64,000 nt of DNA from Candidatus Latescibacterota bacterium. Lineage in GTDB: Bacteria > Latescibacterota > UBA2968 > UBA8231. Positions within the stretch are counted from its first letter, which is position 1. Every line of letters starts with the position of its first letter. The stretch spans positions 1,696,001-1,760,000 of the forward strand of contig CBDCSU010000006.1 of the NCBI GenBank assembly GCA_965221775.1. Direction: 5' to 3'. The notes beneath the pieces were generated by a model, which made no database searches, was not told where the DNA came from, and saw nothing but the letters and a program-made list of their open reading frames with translations. Shown here piece after piece: positions 17,761-33,595 of the stretch. The position numbers and the translations under genes were made by a program.

Positions 17761-17876
17761 GGAGGCTCCGTCTTCGGGACAGGCGGGAGTGTTGATGAAG
17801 CTGATTGGGCGAGGGGAGTGCCAAAGATAGCGAGAGGTGTGGACGGAGGGCAATCAGGCTTTTTCCTTTGGCAACC

Positions 17877-18845
17877 ATGAGAGACGTGACCGAACCGGGA
17901 CCGACCTACAACGGCGAAGCCATGGATGCCGGGGCGGACGCCTTCGGCGAGCTCCGGCGCTCCGACGACATCGCCGGCGACACCGAGGCCCAGCGGCAGC
18001 GGCTGGCCGAGGACGGATACCTGTTCCTGCCCGGACTGCTGCACCGGGAGGAGGTGCTCGAGGCGCGGCGGGAGGTGCTGCGGCGGCTGGCGCTGGCGGG
18101 AGTCGTGGACGACACCGATCACCCCCTCCTCGACGGTGTCGTGCTCCCCGGGGCCGACCTGGCCAACGCCCACGACCTGGCCAGGAACAACGCCCCCCTG
18201 GAGCGGGTGTTGTACGCCGGCCCCATGATCGCCTTCTACGAGGCCCTCCTCGGCGGCCCCGTGCGTCACTTCGACTACACCTGGTTCCGCGCCAAGATGC
18301 CGGGACCGTCGGTTACCCAGCCCCACTACGACGTGGTCTTCATGGGCCGGGGGACGAAGGACCTGTGGACCTCCTGGACGCCCCTCGGCGATGTTCCGCG
18401 CGAGCACGGCGGCCTCCTCGTCCTCGAGGGGTCGCATCGCCTGGAGGAGCTGCGCCGCACCTACGGCGCCGCCGACGTCGACATGTACTGCGAGAACCGC
18501 GGCGACGGGGCCCGCATCGTCCCGGCTGCGCAGTCCGAAGGCCGGGACCTGACCGCCGAGGAACAGCAGCGGATCGAGTGGCAGGGGCGCGGACACTATT
18601 CCCCCGACGCCATCGCCGCCCGTCGCGAGCTGGGCGGGCGCTGGCTGACCGCCGACTACCGCGCCGGCGACCTGCTGGTGCTGAGCATGTACACCATGCA
18701 CGCCAGCTTCGACAACCGCTCGGACCGCATCCGGTTGTCCTCCGACTCCCGCTACCAGCTGGCCTCGGAGCCGGTGGACGAACGCTGGATCGGCGACGAC
18801 CCCATGCTGCACGGGATCCGCGCCAAGCGCGGTCTGATCTGCTAG
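17877..18845 (+). CDS. Phytanoyl-CoA dioxygenase family protein
   Basis: HYDVVFMGRG (HxD), WTPLGD..GGL, MHAS, RLSSDSRY. Confidence 0.88.
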   Translation: MRDVTEPGPTYNGEAMDAGADAFGELRRSDDIAGDTEAQRQRLAEDGYLFLPGLLHREEVLEARREVLRRLALAGVVDDTDHPLLDGVVLPGADLANAHDLARNNAPLERVLYAGPMIAFYEALLGGPVRHFDYTWFRAKMPGPSVTQPHYDVVFMGRGTKDLWTSWTPLGDVPREHGGLLVLEGSHRLEELRRTYGAADVDMYCENRGDGARIVPAAQSEGRDLTAEEQQRIEWQGRGHYSPDAIAARRELGGRWLTADYRAGDLLVLSMYTMHASFDNRSDRIRLSSDSRYQLASEPVDERWIGDDPMLHGIRAKRGLIC

Positions 18846-19432
18846 TTGAGAGTCGGGTCCTCGGGGATGAAGGACATGGGGACGTACTTGCCGCCCAGGG
18901 AGATCAGGGCCTGCTGCCACATGGCCCCGGGATCGTCGCTGAAGATCAGGTCGAGGTCGCCGGGGGCCAGGATCCAGGCGCCGAGGGCGATCTCCGACTC
19001 CAGCTGACCCGGCTGCCACTCCGAATAACCCAGAAAGAAGCGCAGGAAGGGGGACTCCCCGGCCCCGGCCCGGTACTCGCGCAGGGAGTCGAGATCGCCG
19101 CCGGCGAACAGACCGGGGCGGATCGGCGTGGCCTCTCCCCGGAGGTGCTCCACCCGGTGCAGGAAGATCAGGGAACCGGGCTCCACCGGACCTCCCTGGT
19201 AGAACATCTCGCCGCGGGCGGCGGACTCCCGTCCCATCCCCAACGTCAGGCGGTCGAGCTCTTCCCGCGGGTAGAGCTTGGCCCGCTCCCCGAGGGGGCG
19301 GTTGATGACCACCCCGAGGGTGACCTCGTCCGGCATGTGCTGCAGAATGAGGACGATGGTCCTGGAGAAGGCGGGATCCTCCAGGCCGAGAGAGGCGATG
19401 AGGAAGGTCCCTGGTTCGAGGGCCGCGGGCAT
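18842..19432 (-). CDS. YqgE/AlgH family protein
   Basis: DPAFSRTIV, GVVINRP, GGPV, FLGYSEWQPGQLESE. Confidence 0.92.
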   Translation of the reverse strand: MPAALEPGTFLIASLGLEDPAFSRTIVLILQHMPDEVTLGVVINRPLGERAKLYPREELDRLTLGMGRESAARGEMFYQGGPVEPGSLIFLHRVEHLRGEATPIRPGLFAGGDLDSLREYRAGAGESPFLRFFLGYSEWQPGQLESEIALGAWILAPGDLDLIFSDDPGAMWQQALISLGGKYVPMSFIPEDPTLN

Positions 19433-19476
19433 GGGAAGAGAATCAAGCCGGCCTTCGAAACCCGGTCAACGCGGCC

Positions 19477-20643
19477 TCACCCACCGTAGCGCAGATACCG
19501 CCGCCGGTACTCCTCGAAGGGACGCCGGTCCCGCGCCCACCGCTCGATCAGGTCTTCCACCTCGGCGCCGGCGTCCAGCGCTTCGCGGACCGTGTCGGTG
19601 CCGGCGAGCTTGTCGAAGTTGTGGATGCCCTCGGGGTTCGTGCGCCACTCGAACTCCTCCGGCCAGCCGCGGCGCACCGCGGCGAGCAGGTGGAAGCCGG
19701 TGCGCACGGGGGAGAAGCCCTCGTCTCCCGTGACGTGCAGCTGGACCCCCGCGCAGGAGAGGCCCTCGTGCTTGCCGAAGGACGGCCGGAAGAAGACCGG
19801 CCTGACGGCGGCGGCCGGCAGCCCCAGGGCCTCGACGCGGCCGGCGAGGAGGAAACCGTCGATGTACGGCGCGCCGATCTGCTCGAAGGGGCTCGCCGTC
19901 CCCCGCCCCTCCGAGACGTTGGTCCCCTCGAAGAAGCACATACCCGGGTACACGGCCACGGTCCCCGGGGTCGGCATGTTCGGCGACGGCGGCACCCAGG
20001 GAAGGGCGGTGTGGCGCCAGCGCATGCTCCGCCGCCAGCCCCTCATCTCGACCACGTGCAGCTCGGCGCCGATCCCGTACTCCTCGTTGAACAGCCCCGC
20101 CAGCTCGCCGATGGTCAGGCCGTAGCGCACCGGGATCGGGTAACGGCCCACGAAGGAGGCGAAGGCCGGCGCGTCGAGCACGTTCCCCTCCACCACGAGG
20201 CCGCCCAGCGGGTTCGGCCGGTCGAGAACCACGAAAGGAACACCCGCCTCGGCGCAAGCCTCCATGGCCAGGCTCATGGTGTACAGGTAGGTGTAGAACC
20301 GCACGCCCACGTCCTGGATGTCGAAGAGCAGCACGTCGAGCTGATCGAGCTCTTCGGGAGTGGGATGGCGGCGCTCTCCGTAGAGACTCACCGCCGGCGC
20401 GCCGGTGCGAAGGTCGACGGCGGTCTCCACCGCGACGCCGTCCTCGGCGTCTCCCCGGATCCCGTGCTCGGGGCCGAAGAGCATGGCCAGATCGACGCCG
20501 GCGCGCGCGTGCAGCACGTCGGCGGTGGCCCGCAGTCGCCGGTCGACGCCGGAGGGGTTGGTCACCAGCCCGACGCGGCGCCCCTCCACCAGGCGGAAGG
20601 CCAGCGGGTCGGTGAAGAGCCGTTCGCAGCCGAGCTCGACCAT
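19477..20643 (-). CDS. DUF1343 exo-beta-N-acetylmuramidase (NamZ-like)
   Basis: FGPEHGIRG, FDIQDVGVRFYTY, LDRPNP, SPNMP, SEGRGT. Confidence 0.92.
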   Translation of the reverse strand: MVELGCERLFTDPLAFRLVEGRRVGLVTNPSGVDRRLRATADVLHARAGVDLAMLFGPEHGIRGDAEDGVAVETAVDLRTGAPAVSLYGERRHPTPEELDQLDVLLFDIQDVGVRFYTYLYTMSLAMEACAEAGVPFVVLDRPNPLGGLVVEGNVLDAPAFASFVGRYPIPVRYGLTIGELAGLFNEEYGIGAELHVVEMRGWRRSMRWRHTALPWVPPSPNMPTPGTVAVYPGMCFFEGTNVSEGRGTASPFEQIGAPYIDGFLLAGRVEALGLPAAAVRPVFFRPSFGKHEGLSCAGVQLHVTGDEGFSPVRTGFHLLAAVRRGWPEEFEWRTNPEGIHNFDKLAGTDTVREALDAGAEVEDLIERWARDRRPFEEYRRRYLRYGG

Positions 20644-21659
20644 CAGGCGGCCCTGGGCTCGCTCCGCGGCCCGGTACGGCGCAGCACGAAGGCGATGCCC
20701 CCGAGAGCGCTGGCGCAGATGCCGGCGGCGTAGCCCAGCAGGGAGGCGGCGAAGGCGAGGCTCTCCTCGACCCCCACGCTCCCGAAGAGCTCGACCAGCA
20801 CGCCCTCGCGCACCCCGAGTCCGCCCACCGAGATGGGCAGCGCCGCGACGATCGCCGCCGCCGGCTGGAATCCCATGAAGTAGCGCAGCCCGACATCGAG
20901 GCCGACGGCCAGTCCCGCCGCCCAGTAGACGAGGATGCGGCTGAACTGCACGCCGAGGGAGACGGCCCAGGCGGCGGCCAGCAGGCCCGTCTGCTCGCGG
21001 TAGACGGCGATCGCGGCCCTCAACCTCTCGACGCCTGCCCCGAGGCGGCGCGGCAGCAGCAGGCCGAGGAAGCCCCGGACCCGGCCGAGGCGCCGGCTCA
21101 TCCCCATGGCCAGCAACCCCGCCAGGGTCAGCCAGACGGTGGCGAGGAGGGTGACCAGACCCGGGCGCCGCACCTCGGCCACCAGGGCACAGGCCCCCAG
21201 CGCCAGGCAGCAGGTGGAGAACAGGCCGATGAAGCGATCCATGAAAGTCGCCGCCGCGGCGCGGCGGGTGGCCCCCGTAAGGCGGCGCACGTCGTAGATG
21301 CGAACAGCGTCGCCGCCGATGTTGCCGGGGAGCAGGTTGTTGAAGAACACCCCCACCCAGTAGACGACCGCCGTCTGCCCCGGAGAGACGGCGAGGGACT
21401 GGCCGCGCAGCAGCAGGTACCACTGTCCGGCGCCGAGAGCATTGCTCAGAACGAAGAAACAGGCGGCCACGGCGAAGAGGGCGGCGTCGGTGCGGCCCAG
21501 GACCCCGGCAAAAGCCTCCAGGTCGGACTGGGACAGCAGCCAGTAGAGGAGCCCCCCGCTCACCACCAGCTTGAGGAGGGGATCGCCGAAGCGGCGCCAG
21601 ACCGGGCGGCCGGGCGAGCCGTCGCCGCCGGAGTTCTGCCGCCGTCCGGAGGCTGCCAT
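20643..21659 (-). CDS. Lysylphosphatidylglycerol synthase TM-domain / flippase-like protein
   Basis: FFNNLLPGNIGGD, DRFIG, PISVGGLGVRE; multi-TM. Confidence 0.88.
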   Translation of the reverse strand: MAASGRRQNSGGDGSPGRPVWRRFGDPLLKLVVSGGLLYWLLSQSDLEAFAGVLGRTDAALFAVAACFFVLSNALGAGQWYLLLRGQSLAVSPGQTAVVYWVGVFFNNLLPGNIGGDAVRIYDVRRLTGATRRAAAATFMDRFIGLFSTCCLALGACALVAEVRRPGLVTLLATVWLTLAGLLAMGMSRRLGRVRGFLGLLLPRRLGAGVERLRAAIAVYREQTGLLAAAWAVSLGVQFSRILVYWAAGLAVGLDVGLRYFMGFQPAAAIVAALPISVGGLGVREGVLVELFGSVGVEESLAFAASLLGYAAGICASALGGIAFVLRRTGPRSEPRAA

Positions 21660-22702
21660 CAGCGCTCCCCCATAAGCGCCGACGCCGTGCGCCGCCGCAG
21701 CAGGTAGTAGTGGATCAGAGCGCTCCCGGGGAACACGCCTTCCTCCCCCGTCTCGCGGCTGGCGGCGGCGAGTCGGCGGCTGTCACCGCGGCGGCGCCTC
21801 AGGTTGCCCGGATGGGCGGCGATCCAGGCCAGGCCCGCCAGGGGCGCCGCGGCGCAAAGGGGCCGCCGCGCCGCGTAGCGCAGGCAGGAGAGCAGCTCCA
21901 GGAGCACCCGCACGGGCAGGAGCCACAGCAGGCGGCGGGCGGGCAGGTTCTTGATCAGCGCCACCAGGTTGTTGCGGTGGTTGAGATAGGCCTTGCGGAA
22001 GCTGTCGGCCGGGAGGGACTGCCCCGCGTGGTGGAAGACCCTGGACTCCGGCACGGCGAGGATCCGCCAGCCCGCCAGGCGCAGGCGCCAGCACAGATCG
22101 ATCTCCTCGAAGTGCATGAAGTAGTCCAGGTCGAGGGGGCCGACCTCGCGCAACGCCTCGAGACGGAGGAACATCGCCGTGCCGCAGGCCCAGAACAGCT
22201 CCCGGCGGCCGTCGTACTGCCCCTCGTCGCGCTCCACCGTGTCGAAGACCCGGCCCCGGCAGAAGGTGTATCCGAGCCGGTCGATGTAGCCGCCGGCGGC
22301 GCCGCTAGGATCGAAGTACCCCGGCCGGGTCTCCCACAGCAGCTTGGGCTGGCACACGGCCACTTCCGGAGCCTCCGAGGCCGCGTCCTCCAGAGGGGCG
22401 AGCCAGCCCGGCGTCACGCGGGTGTCGTCGTTGAGCAGCAGGGCGAAGGGGGTCTCCGCCGCCTCCAGCCCCCGGTTGCACGAGCCCGTGAAACCCAGGC
22501 GCCGGTCATTGCTCAAAACCTCCATCCGGGGGAACCGGCCGCGGGCGGACTCCAGGGCCGGACCGCCGCCGCCGTCGTCGACGACCAGGACGCGCACCGG
22601 CCGGTCGCTGTGCCGATAGAGGGAATCCAGGCAGTCGCTGAGGGTGTCGGCCCGGTAGTGGGGGATGACGACCGTCGTGGCCGGCTCCGGCCCGGAGGTC
22701 AT
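21659..22702 (-). CDS. Family 2 glycosyltransferase
   Basis: VVDDG, LLNDD, WACGT, FMHFEEIDLCWR. Confidence 0.9.
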   Translation of the reverse strand: MTSGPEPATTVVIPHYRADTLSDCLDSLYRHSDRPVRVLVVDDGGGGPALESARGRFPRMEVLSNDRRLGFTGSCNRGLEAAETPFALLLNDDTRVTPGWLAPLEDAASEAPEVAVCQPKLLWETRPGYFDPSGAAGGYIDRLGYTFCRGRVFDTVERDEGQYDGRRELFWACGTAMFLRLEALREVGPLDLDYFMHFEEIDLCWRLRLAGWRILAVPESRVFHHAGQSLPADSFRKAYLNHRNNLVALIKNLPARRLLWLLPVRVLLELLSCLRYAARRPLCAAAPLAGLAWIAAHPGNLRRRRGDSRRLAAASRETGEEGVFPGSALIHYYLLRRRTASALMGER

Positions 22703-25494
22703 TCGGCCGGGGCGCCGGACCCGGTGGCCGACGTCTCGGCGTCGGCCGTCTCGAGGCGCTCCAGGGCCTTGATCAGGATCTCCCGGTCCAGACTGGCCGA
22801 GTCGAGCTCCCCGTACTCCTCGACGTAGCCCTCGATCACGCCGAGGGCCTCCCGCGCGCGGCCCCCCGCCTGCAGCGTGGCGGCCAGCTCGTGGTAGGCG
22901 GCATAGCCGCGGGGGCGCAGGGCGATGGTCCGGCGGTAGACCTCCTCGGCCCGGTCCAAGGCCCCGTAGTCGTTGTAGAGGATGCTGGCCAGGGCCAGGG
23001 CGTTGTCGTACGTGGCGGACGGGTCGGCGCCATAGCGCTCGACGAGCCCGTGGGCCGCCTTCTCGACGAACTCGGCGGCCAGATCGAACCGCCCCGCCTG
23101 CCGGTAGTTCTCGCTGGCCGCGTAGAGGCCCTCCCATCCCATGGGGACGTTCTCCTCCGCCCACCGGAGCAGCGTCGCCATCTCGTCGACGCGCCCCTCG
23201 GTCTGGTAGATGTCGGCCAGGGTGAGGACGCAGGCCCGGTAGTTCTGCAGCAGCCGGCTGGTGTTCTCGTCCTTGTAGATCGACTCGTCCCGAATGCCCC
23301 GGAAGCGGTAGACCTCCATCAGGTTGCGGGCCAGGGCCTCGGCGTTGCCGCCGCCCCGCACCTTCTCGCGCTTCAGCTTCAGGGTCATGCCCTCCATCTC
23401 GAGATAGGGATCGAGACCGACGCGGTTGGAGCCGGCCACGGTGATGGCGAAGTGGACGGGCCGCCTGAAGTCGTTCCAGTAGACGATGCCGATGACCATG
23501 ATGTCCTGCACCCGCAGCAGATTGTGGCCCGGCGGCGCCGAGACCTCCACGTCGAGTCCGAGGTCCCTGAATTCCCGCGGCCTCTTCGGCGTCAGCCACA
23601 GCCGCTTCTCGAGATCGACCATCTGCGTGTCGGTGAGGGTGGAGTCGATGAAGACGTCGCCCAGCGGCGCCCCGCCGTCCCTGGACATGGCCACCCGGGG
23701 ATCGCGGTCGCGCAGCTGCTTGATGTACCACCCCGTGTTGAGCAGGCTCAGATTGATGATGCTCACGTCCCGGCGGATGCCCTCCACGTGCTGCAGGTAC
23801 CACAGGGGGAAGGTGTCGTTGTCGCCGTTGGTGAAGAGCAGCGAGTTCGGATCGCAGGACTGCAGCAGGTTGTGGGCGTAGTCCCAGGCGATGTAGTCGC
23901 CCCGGCGGTCCTCGATGTGATGCAGCCTCGCGCCGACACCGGCCGGCAGCAGCAGACCGATGCAGGAAACGGCGGCGACCCATCCCGTCCGCAGCGAGAG
24001 CCTCCGGCGCAGGGCCTCGAGGACGGCGGTCCAGCCGAGGCCCATCCACACGGCCCAGGCCAGGAACATGCCCCCGAAGACGTAGTGGCGCTCGCGCGGC
24101 TGCGGGTCGGGCATGTTCAGGTAGAAGGACAGCCCGAAGCCCATGACCAGGAACATCAGGAAGAGGGCCAGGAACCGGCGCCAGTCCCGCCGCAACTGCC
24201 ACCCCAGGCCGAGGAGACCGGCCAGCAGCGGCACGGCGGAGACCGAGATCACGTGGGGCGTCCTCTCGGTGGCCCAGCGGAACACCATGTCCCGCTCGAG
24301 GAAGGGGAAGGGCCACTGCTGCAGGAAGTACTTGAACTGCTGGTGCCACAACTGGTAGACGCGGTCGGCGCGGGGCGTGAGCATGCCCAGCAGCTGGCTC
24401 TCCGTGCCGTACTGCTCGCGGCGGAGGAAGGAGAGGAAGTTGCCCAGGTTCTCCGGGTCGTTCATGTCGATGGCCGGGTCCAGCCCCGAGCGCAGGAACA
24501 GGGCCAGGTAGGTCGAGTACCCGAGCAGGAAGAGGACGCCCACTCCGACCATCAGCCCCAGGGCCCGGCGGTCTTCCCGGTAGAGGTGCACCACCAGGCC
24601 GATACCGCCCGCCAGGAGCACGAGGGCCAGAAGGGGCGCCGAGTCGAGGGCCTTGGCCACGACCACGGCGGCGCCGATGCCGACCGTCACCGCCAGGCTG
24701 TTGCGGTACTCCGGGTGCGTCGAGCCGACGTAGAGGCACAGGGCGACAGCGGCGAGTCCGGCCAGCACGCCGAGGAGTCTCGCCGATGGCGGGTACGGGG
24801 CGAAGGCGCTCATGGACACGGCGGCGGCGAGTCCGGCGACGAGCAGGATCAGGATGGAGCGCCGCAACTGCTGGTCGCCGAACCAGGCCAGCAGCACGAG
24901 GCTGGGGATGGTCAGGAGACAGAGGAGGTGGAGACCGCCCCCGAGCCCGAAGAAGTAGGCGATGAAGAACAGCCAGCGGTCGTTGCCGGCCCCGTGCCGC
25001 GTGCCTTCCCAGTAGAGGATCAGCCACAGGCCGCCGCAGACGAAGAACAGCGAGTAGGCGTAGACCTCGGCCTCGGTGCCGTTGAACCAGAAGGTGTAGG
25101 AGGTGGCCAGGCACAGGGCGGCGACGGCCGAGCCCAGGGTGGCCGTCCAGTCGCGGGCGTCCCCGAAGAAGCGCAGCGCCTCGCCCCCCATGGCGCGGCG
25201 GCAGAGGGCCACGGCGCTCTGGTAGGTGAACCAGACAGCCGCGGCCGATGCCAGGACGGACATGAAGACGACCCGGTTGGCCACGGTCCCTGCGGGGAAA
25301 AGGCTGAAGACCCGGCCGAGGAGGACGTACAGGGGCGACCCGGGCGGATGGGGGATCCCCAGGACGTGGGAGCAGGTGATGAACTCGCCCGTGTCCCAGA
25401 ACGATGTGGAGGGCGCCATGGTCTGCGTGTACAGACCGAGGGTGATCAGGAAGACAGCCCCGCCGGCCAGACGATGCAGTTGTAGTGGGGTCAT
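22699..25494 (-). CDS. DUF2723 (TMEM260-like GT-C) membrane protein with C-terminal TPR-like repeats
   Basis: SFWDTGEF, HPPGSP, EAEVY, REQYG, RERHY, FTNGDNDTFPLWY. Confidence 0.9.
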   Translation of the reverse strand: MTPLQLHRLAGGAVFLITLGLYTQTMAPSTSFWDTGEFITCSHVLGIPHPPGSPLYVLLGRVFSLFPAGTVANRVVFMSVLASAAAVWFTYQSAVALCRRAMGGEALRFFGDARDWTATLGSAVAALCLATSYTFWFNGTEAEVYAYSLFFVCGGLWLILYWEGTRHGAGNDRWLFFIAYFFGLGGGLHLLCLLTIPSLVLLAWFGDQQLRRSILILLVAGLAAAVSMSAFAPYPPSARLLGVLAGLAAVALCLYVGSTHPEYRNSLAVTVGIGAAVVVAKALDSAPLLALVLLAGGIGLVVHLYREDRRALGLMVGVGVLFLLGYSTYLALFLRSGLDPAIDMNDPENLGNFLSFLRREQYGTESQLLGMLTPRADRVYQLWHQQFKYFLQQWPFPFLERDMVFRWATERTPHVISVSAVPLLAGLLGLGWQLRRDWRRFLALFLMFLVMGFGLSFYLNMPDPQPRERHYVFGGMFLAWAVWMGLGWTAVLEALRRRLSLRTGWVAAVSCIGLLLPAGVGARLHHIEDRRGDYIAWDYAHNLLQSCDPNSLLFTNGDNDTFPLWYLQHVEGIRRDVSIINLSLLNTGWYIKQLRDRDPRVAMSRDGGAPLGDVFIDSTLTDTQMVDLEKRLWLTPKRPREFRDLGLDVEVSAPPGHNLLRVQDIMVIGIVYWNDFRRPVHFAITVAGSNRVGLDPYLEMEGMTLKLKREKVRGGGNAEALARNLMEVYRFRGIRDESIYKDENTSRLLQNYRACVLTLADIYQTEGRVDEMATLLRWAEENVPMGWEGLYAASENYRQAGRFDLAAEFVEKAAHGLVERYGADPSATYDNALALASILYNDYGALDRAEEVYRRTIALRPRGYAAYHELAATLQAGGRAREALGVIEGYVEEYGELDSASLDREILIKALERLETADAETSATGSGAPAE

Positions 25495-25549
25495 GGGAAC
25501 GGCCTAAGGTACGAGGGGCGCCCAGGCGCCGAAAGCAAGGGGCGGCGTG

Positions 25550-26203
25550 TCAGCGCAACTCCGCCGTGCCCCAGCGACTCGGGTCCGAGTAGAAGGGCGG
25601 CGAGCGGTCGACCGACCAGGACTGGGACCCGCGATCGACGTCGTTGAGGACGTAGTTGAAGCCGATCCGGTCGAACTCCCGGGGACGGTAGCCGTTGAGC
25701 CCTTCCGCCGGCACGAAGACCTCCATCTGGTAGCTCCGCTTCAGTCGCCGCAGACCGACCTGAAGGGCGTCCTCGGGGCACGGCGGCGCCTGCTCCCGGG
25801 CCCGGTCGATCGACGTCTGGCGGCCTATCGGCTCCGTGCCGTGCCGGCCCCTGCCCCCGGGCAGGAAGAGGAAGTGGTGGCAATAGCGGTTGGCCCGGTG
25901 GCTGTCCTTCACGTCGCGGGTGTCGATCCACACCTCGAAGGAGTCGGCCTGCCAGTGGTTGCGGGGATCGATCCGGAAGCTCTGCTTGCCCTTCACCTGC
26001 ACCGCGAACCACAGCCCGGCGTCGCTCCAGGCCATGTACAGATCGGCGAAGCTGGAGCCCCCATCGACCTCCAGCAGGGGTGGAACCCGGTAAGACGAGT
26101 CCCAGTCTCGCAGGTTCCCGTCGACTACGGGCGGATCCTCCCGGTAGCGGCAAGGGAAGGCGAAGCGGAAGAACGCCCGCCCCGGGGCGGCGATCATGCT
26201 CAT
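25550..26203 (-). CDS. CBM9/DOMON-like sugar-binding domain protein
   Basis: VDGNLRDW, AWSDAGLWFAVQV, DSFEVWIDTR, IGFNYVLNDVD. Confidence 0.7.
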   Translation of the reverse strand: MSMIAAPGRAFFRFAFPCRYREDPPVVDGNLRDWDSSYRVPPLLEVDGGSSFADLYMAWSDAGLWFAVQVKGKQSFRIDPRNHWQADSFEVWIDTRDVKDSHRANRYCHHFLFLPGGRGRHGTEPIGRQTSIDRAREQAPPCPEDALQVGLRRLKRSYQMEVFVPAEGLNGYRPREFDRIGFNYVLNDVDRGSQSWSVDRSPPFYSDPSRWGTAELR

Positions 26204-26231
26204 GGGTAGAGCCCGCGCGGTCCGTTCACGG

Positions 26232-31946
<5,715 letters not shown>

Positions 31947-32114
31947 GGACCTCCGGGTGGGGCTGCAAGGGAGGAAGAAGGCAAACGTGACAATTTACGG
32001 GAGGCGGACGAACCCGCAACCGTCCGGCCCATTCCTTCCCGGGGAGGTGGCCGGTCCCGGGTGAAGACCTTACCGTAGCAGCCGCCACCCGCCACCTGCA
32101 ACGAACCGGGACCG

Positions 32115-32936
32115 ATGATCAAGCTGGGCGTCAACACCGTTCTCTTCGCCGGATACGACCTCGAGACCGCCCTGCGGCACATCGCCCTGGCCGGGTACGA
32201 ATCCGCCGAGTTGTCCGCCATTCGGGGGATGTGCGAGCACCTCGTCCTCGACGACTGGCGGTCCCAAGCCGACAGCATCCGCCAGCTCGCCGAGGACCAC
32301 GGCCTCGAGCTGACGGCCATGGAGGTGGCGAGCCTCGACGAGGCCAGGCTGCTGAAGGCCTTTGAAGCGGCGGCCCAACTCGAGATCGGAGTGGTCAACG
32401 TCGGCCCCGGCGGACGGGCCGGCAGCGACGAGGACCTGGCTCGGCAGATCGACCTGCTCGCCGGCCTGGCGGCCAAGGCCCACGACCACGGCGTGGTGCT
32501 GTGCGTGAAGGCCCACGTGGGCCAGTCGATCCACGACACGCCGACCACTCTGAAGGCCATGGCCGCCATCGACTCCCCCGGCTTCGGGATCGACGTCGAC
32601 CCCAGCCACATCTTTCGCGCCGGCGGCGGCGAGGACGTGGTCGAGGCCCTGGAGGCGGTGATCTCCCGGGTGCGCCACGTCCACATCCGCGACTGCCCCG
32701 CCGCCGCCAGGGCCACCGAAGGACCGCCCGGCCCCCCGGAGGAGCAGGCCTGCGGCCGCGGCGCCATCGACCTGGCGGGTCTCCTGCGTGTCCTGCACCA
32801 GGCCGGATTGGACGCCGCCGTCAACCTGGAGGTCATCGGCGCAAAGGAGTACGAGCTCTCCCGGGTGGTCACCATCGCCGCCGAGAGCCGCGGCTACCTC
32901 AACGCCTGCAGGCGGGCTGCCGAAGGCGGGTCCTGA
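32115..32936 (+). CDS. Sugar phosphate isomerase/epimerase (xylose isomerase-like TIM barrel)
   Basis: DPSH, HVHIRD, G.G.ID, LE. Confidence 0.82.
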   Translation: MIKLGVNTVLFAGYDLETALRHIALAGYESAELSAIRGMCEHLVLDDWRSQADSIRQLAEDHGLELTAMEVASLDEARLLKAFEAAAQLEIGVVNVGPGGRAGSDEDLARQIDLLAGLAAKAHDHGVVLCVKAHVGQSIHDTPTTLKAMAAIDSPGFGIDVDPSHIFRAGGGEDVVEALEAVISRVRHVHIRDCPAAARATEGPPGPPEEQACGRGAIDLAGLLRVLHQAGLDAAVNLEVIGAKEYELSRVVTIAAESRGYLNACRRAAEGGS

Positions 32937-32953
32937 CCGGCCCGGGGACCGGC

Positions 32954-33595
32954 GTGATCCGCACCTTCATCGCCGTCGAGACATCCCCGGAGGTCCGTGC
33001 CGCCGCCGCAGGGCTGACGGACCGCCTCCGGCGGGGCTGGCGCGCCTCGGAGGTGCGCTGGGTACCGCCGGAGAATCTGCATCTCACCCTCCGCTTTCTC
33101 GGGGAGACCGAGGAGAGTGGGGTGGCGCCACTGACCGCGGCCCTGGACGGTGTGACCGCCGGCACGCCGCCCTGCCAGCTCACCCTGGGCCCCCTCGGCG
33201 CCTTCCCGGACGTCCGGCGCCCGCGCGTGCTCTGGCTCGGCCTGAAGGGGACGGGGACGGCTGCCCTGCGCTCTCTGCAGAGGCGGATCGAGGAGCGCGT
33301 GACCGGGCTCGGCTGGGCGCGCGAGGGCCGGCCCTTCAGCCCCCACCTCACCCTCGGCCGGGTGCGCCCCGGAAGGGCGGCCGATCCGGGCGAGGGCTGG
33401 ACCCGGGCCGCCGTACCGGAACTCGCCTTCCGGGTCGAGGAGGTGGTGCTCATGCGCAGCGACCTGCGGCCCGACGGGGCGCGCTACTCGGTGCTCCACC
33501 GGTCGCGGCTGAGAGGAGCTGGCGGGCGGGCGGAGGCTCACGACGACGCCGGGCCGGCGATCCCGCGGCGGAGCGCGGCCGGCGGTCCCGCCTAG
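32954..33595 (+). CDS. thpR: RNA 2',3'-cyclic phosphodiesterase
   Basis: RTFIAV, two HxT motifs (NLHLTLRFLG, FSPHLTLGR). Confidence 0.92.
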   Translation: MIRTFIAVETSPEVRAAAAGLTDRLRRGWRASEVRWVPPENLHLTLRFLGETEESGVAPLTAALDGVTAGTPPCQLTLGPLGAFPDVRRPRVLWLGLKGTGTAALRSLQRRIEERVTGLGWAREGRPFSPHLTLGRVRPGRAADPGEGWTRAAVPELAFRVEEVVLMRSDLRPDGARYSVLHRSRLRGAGGRAEAHDDAGPAIPRRSAAGGPA

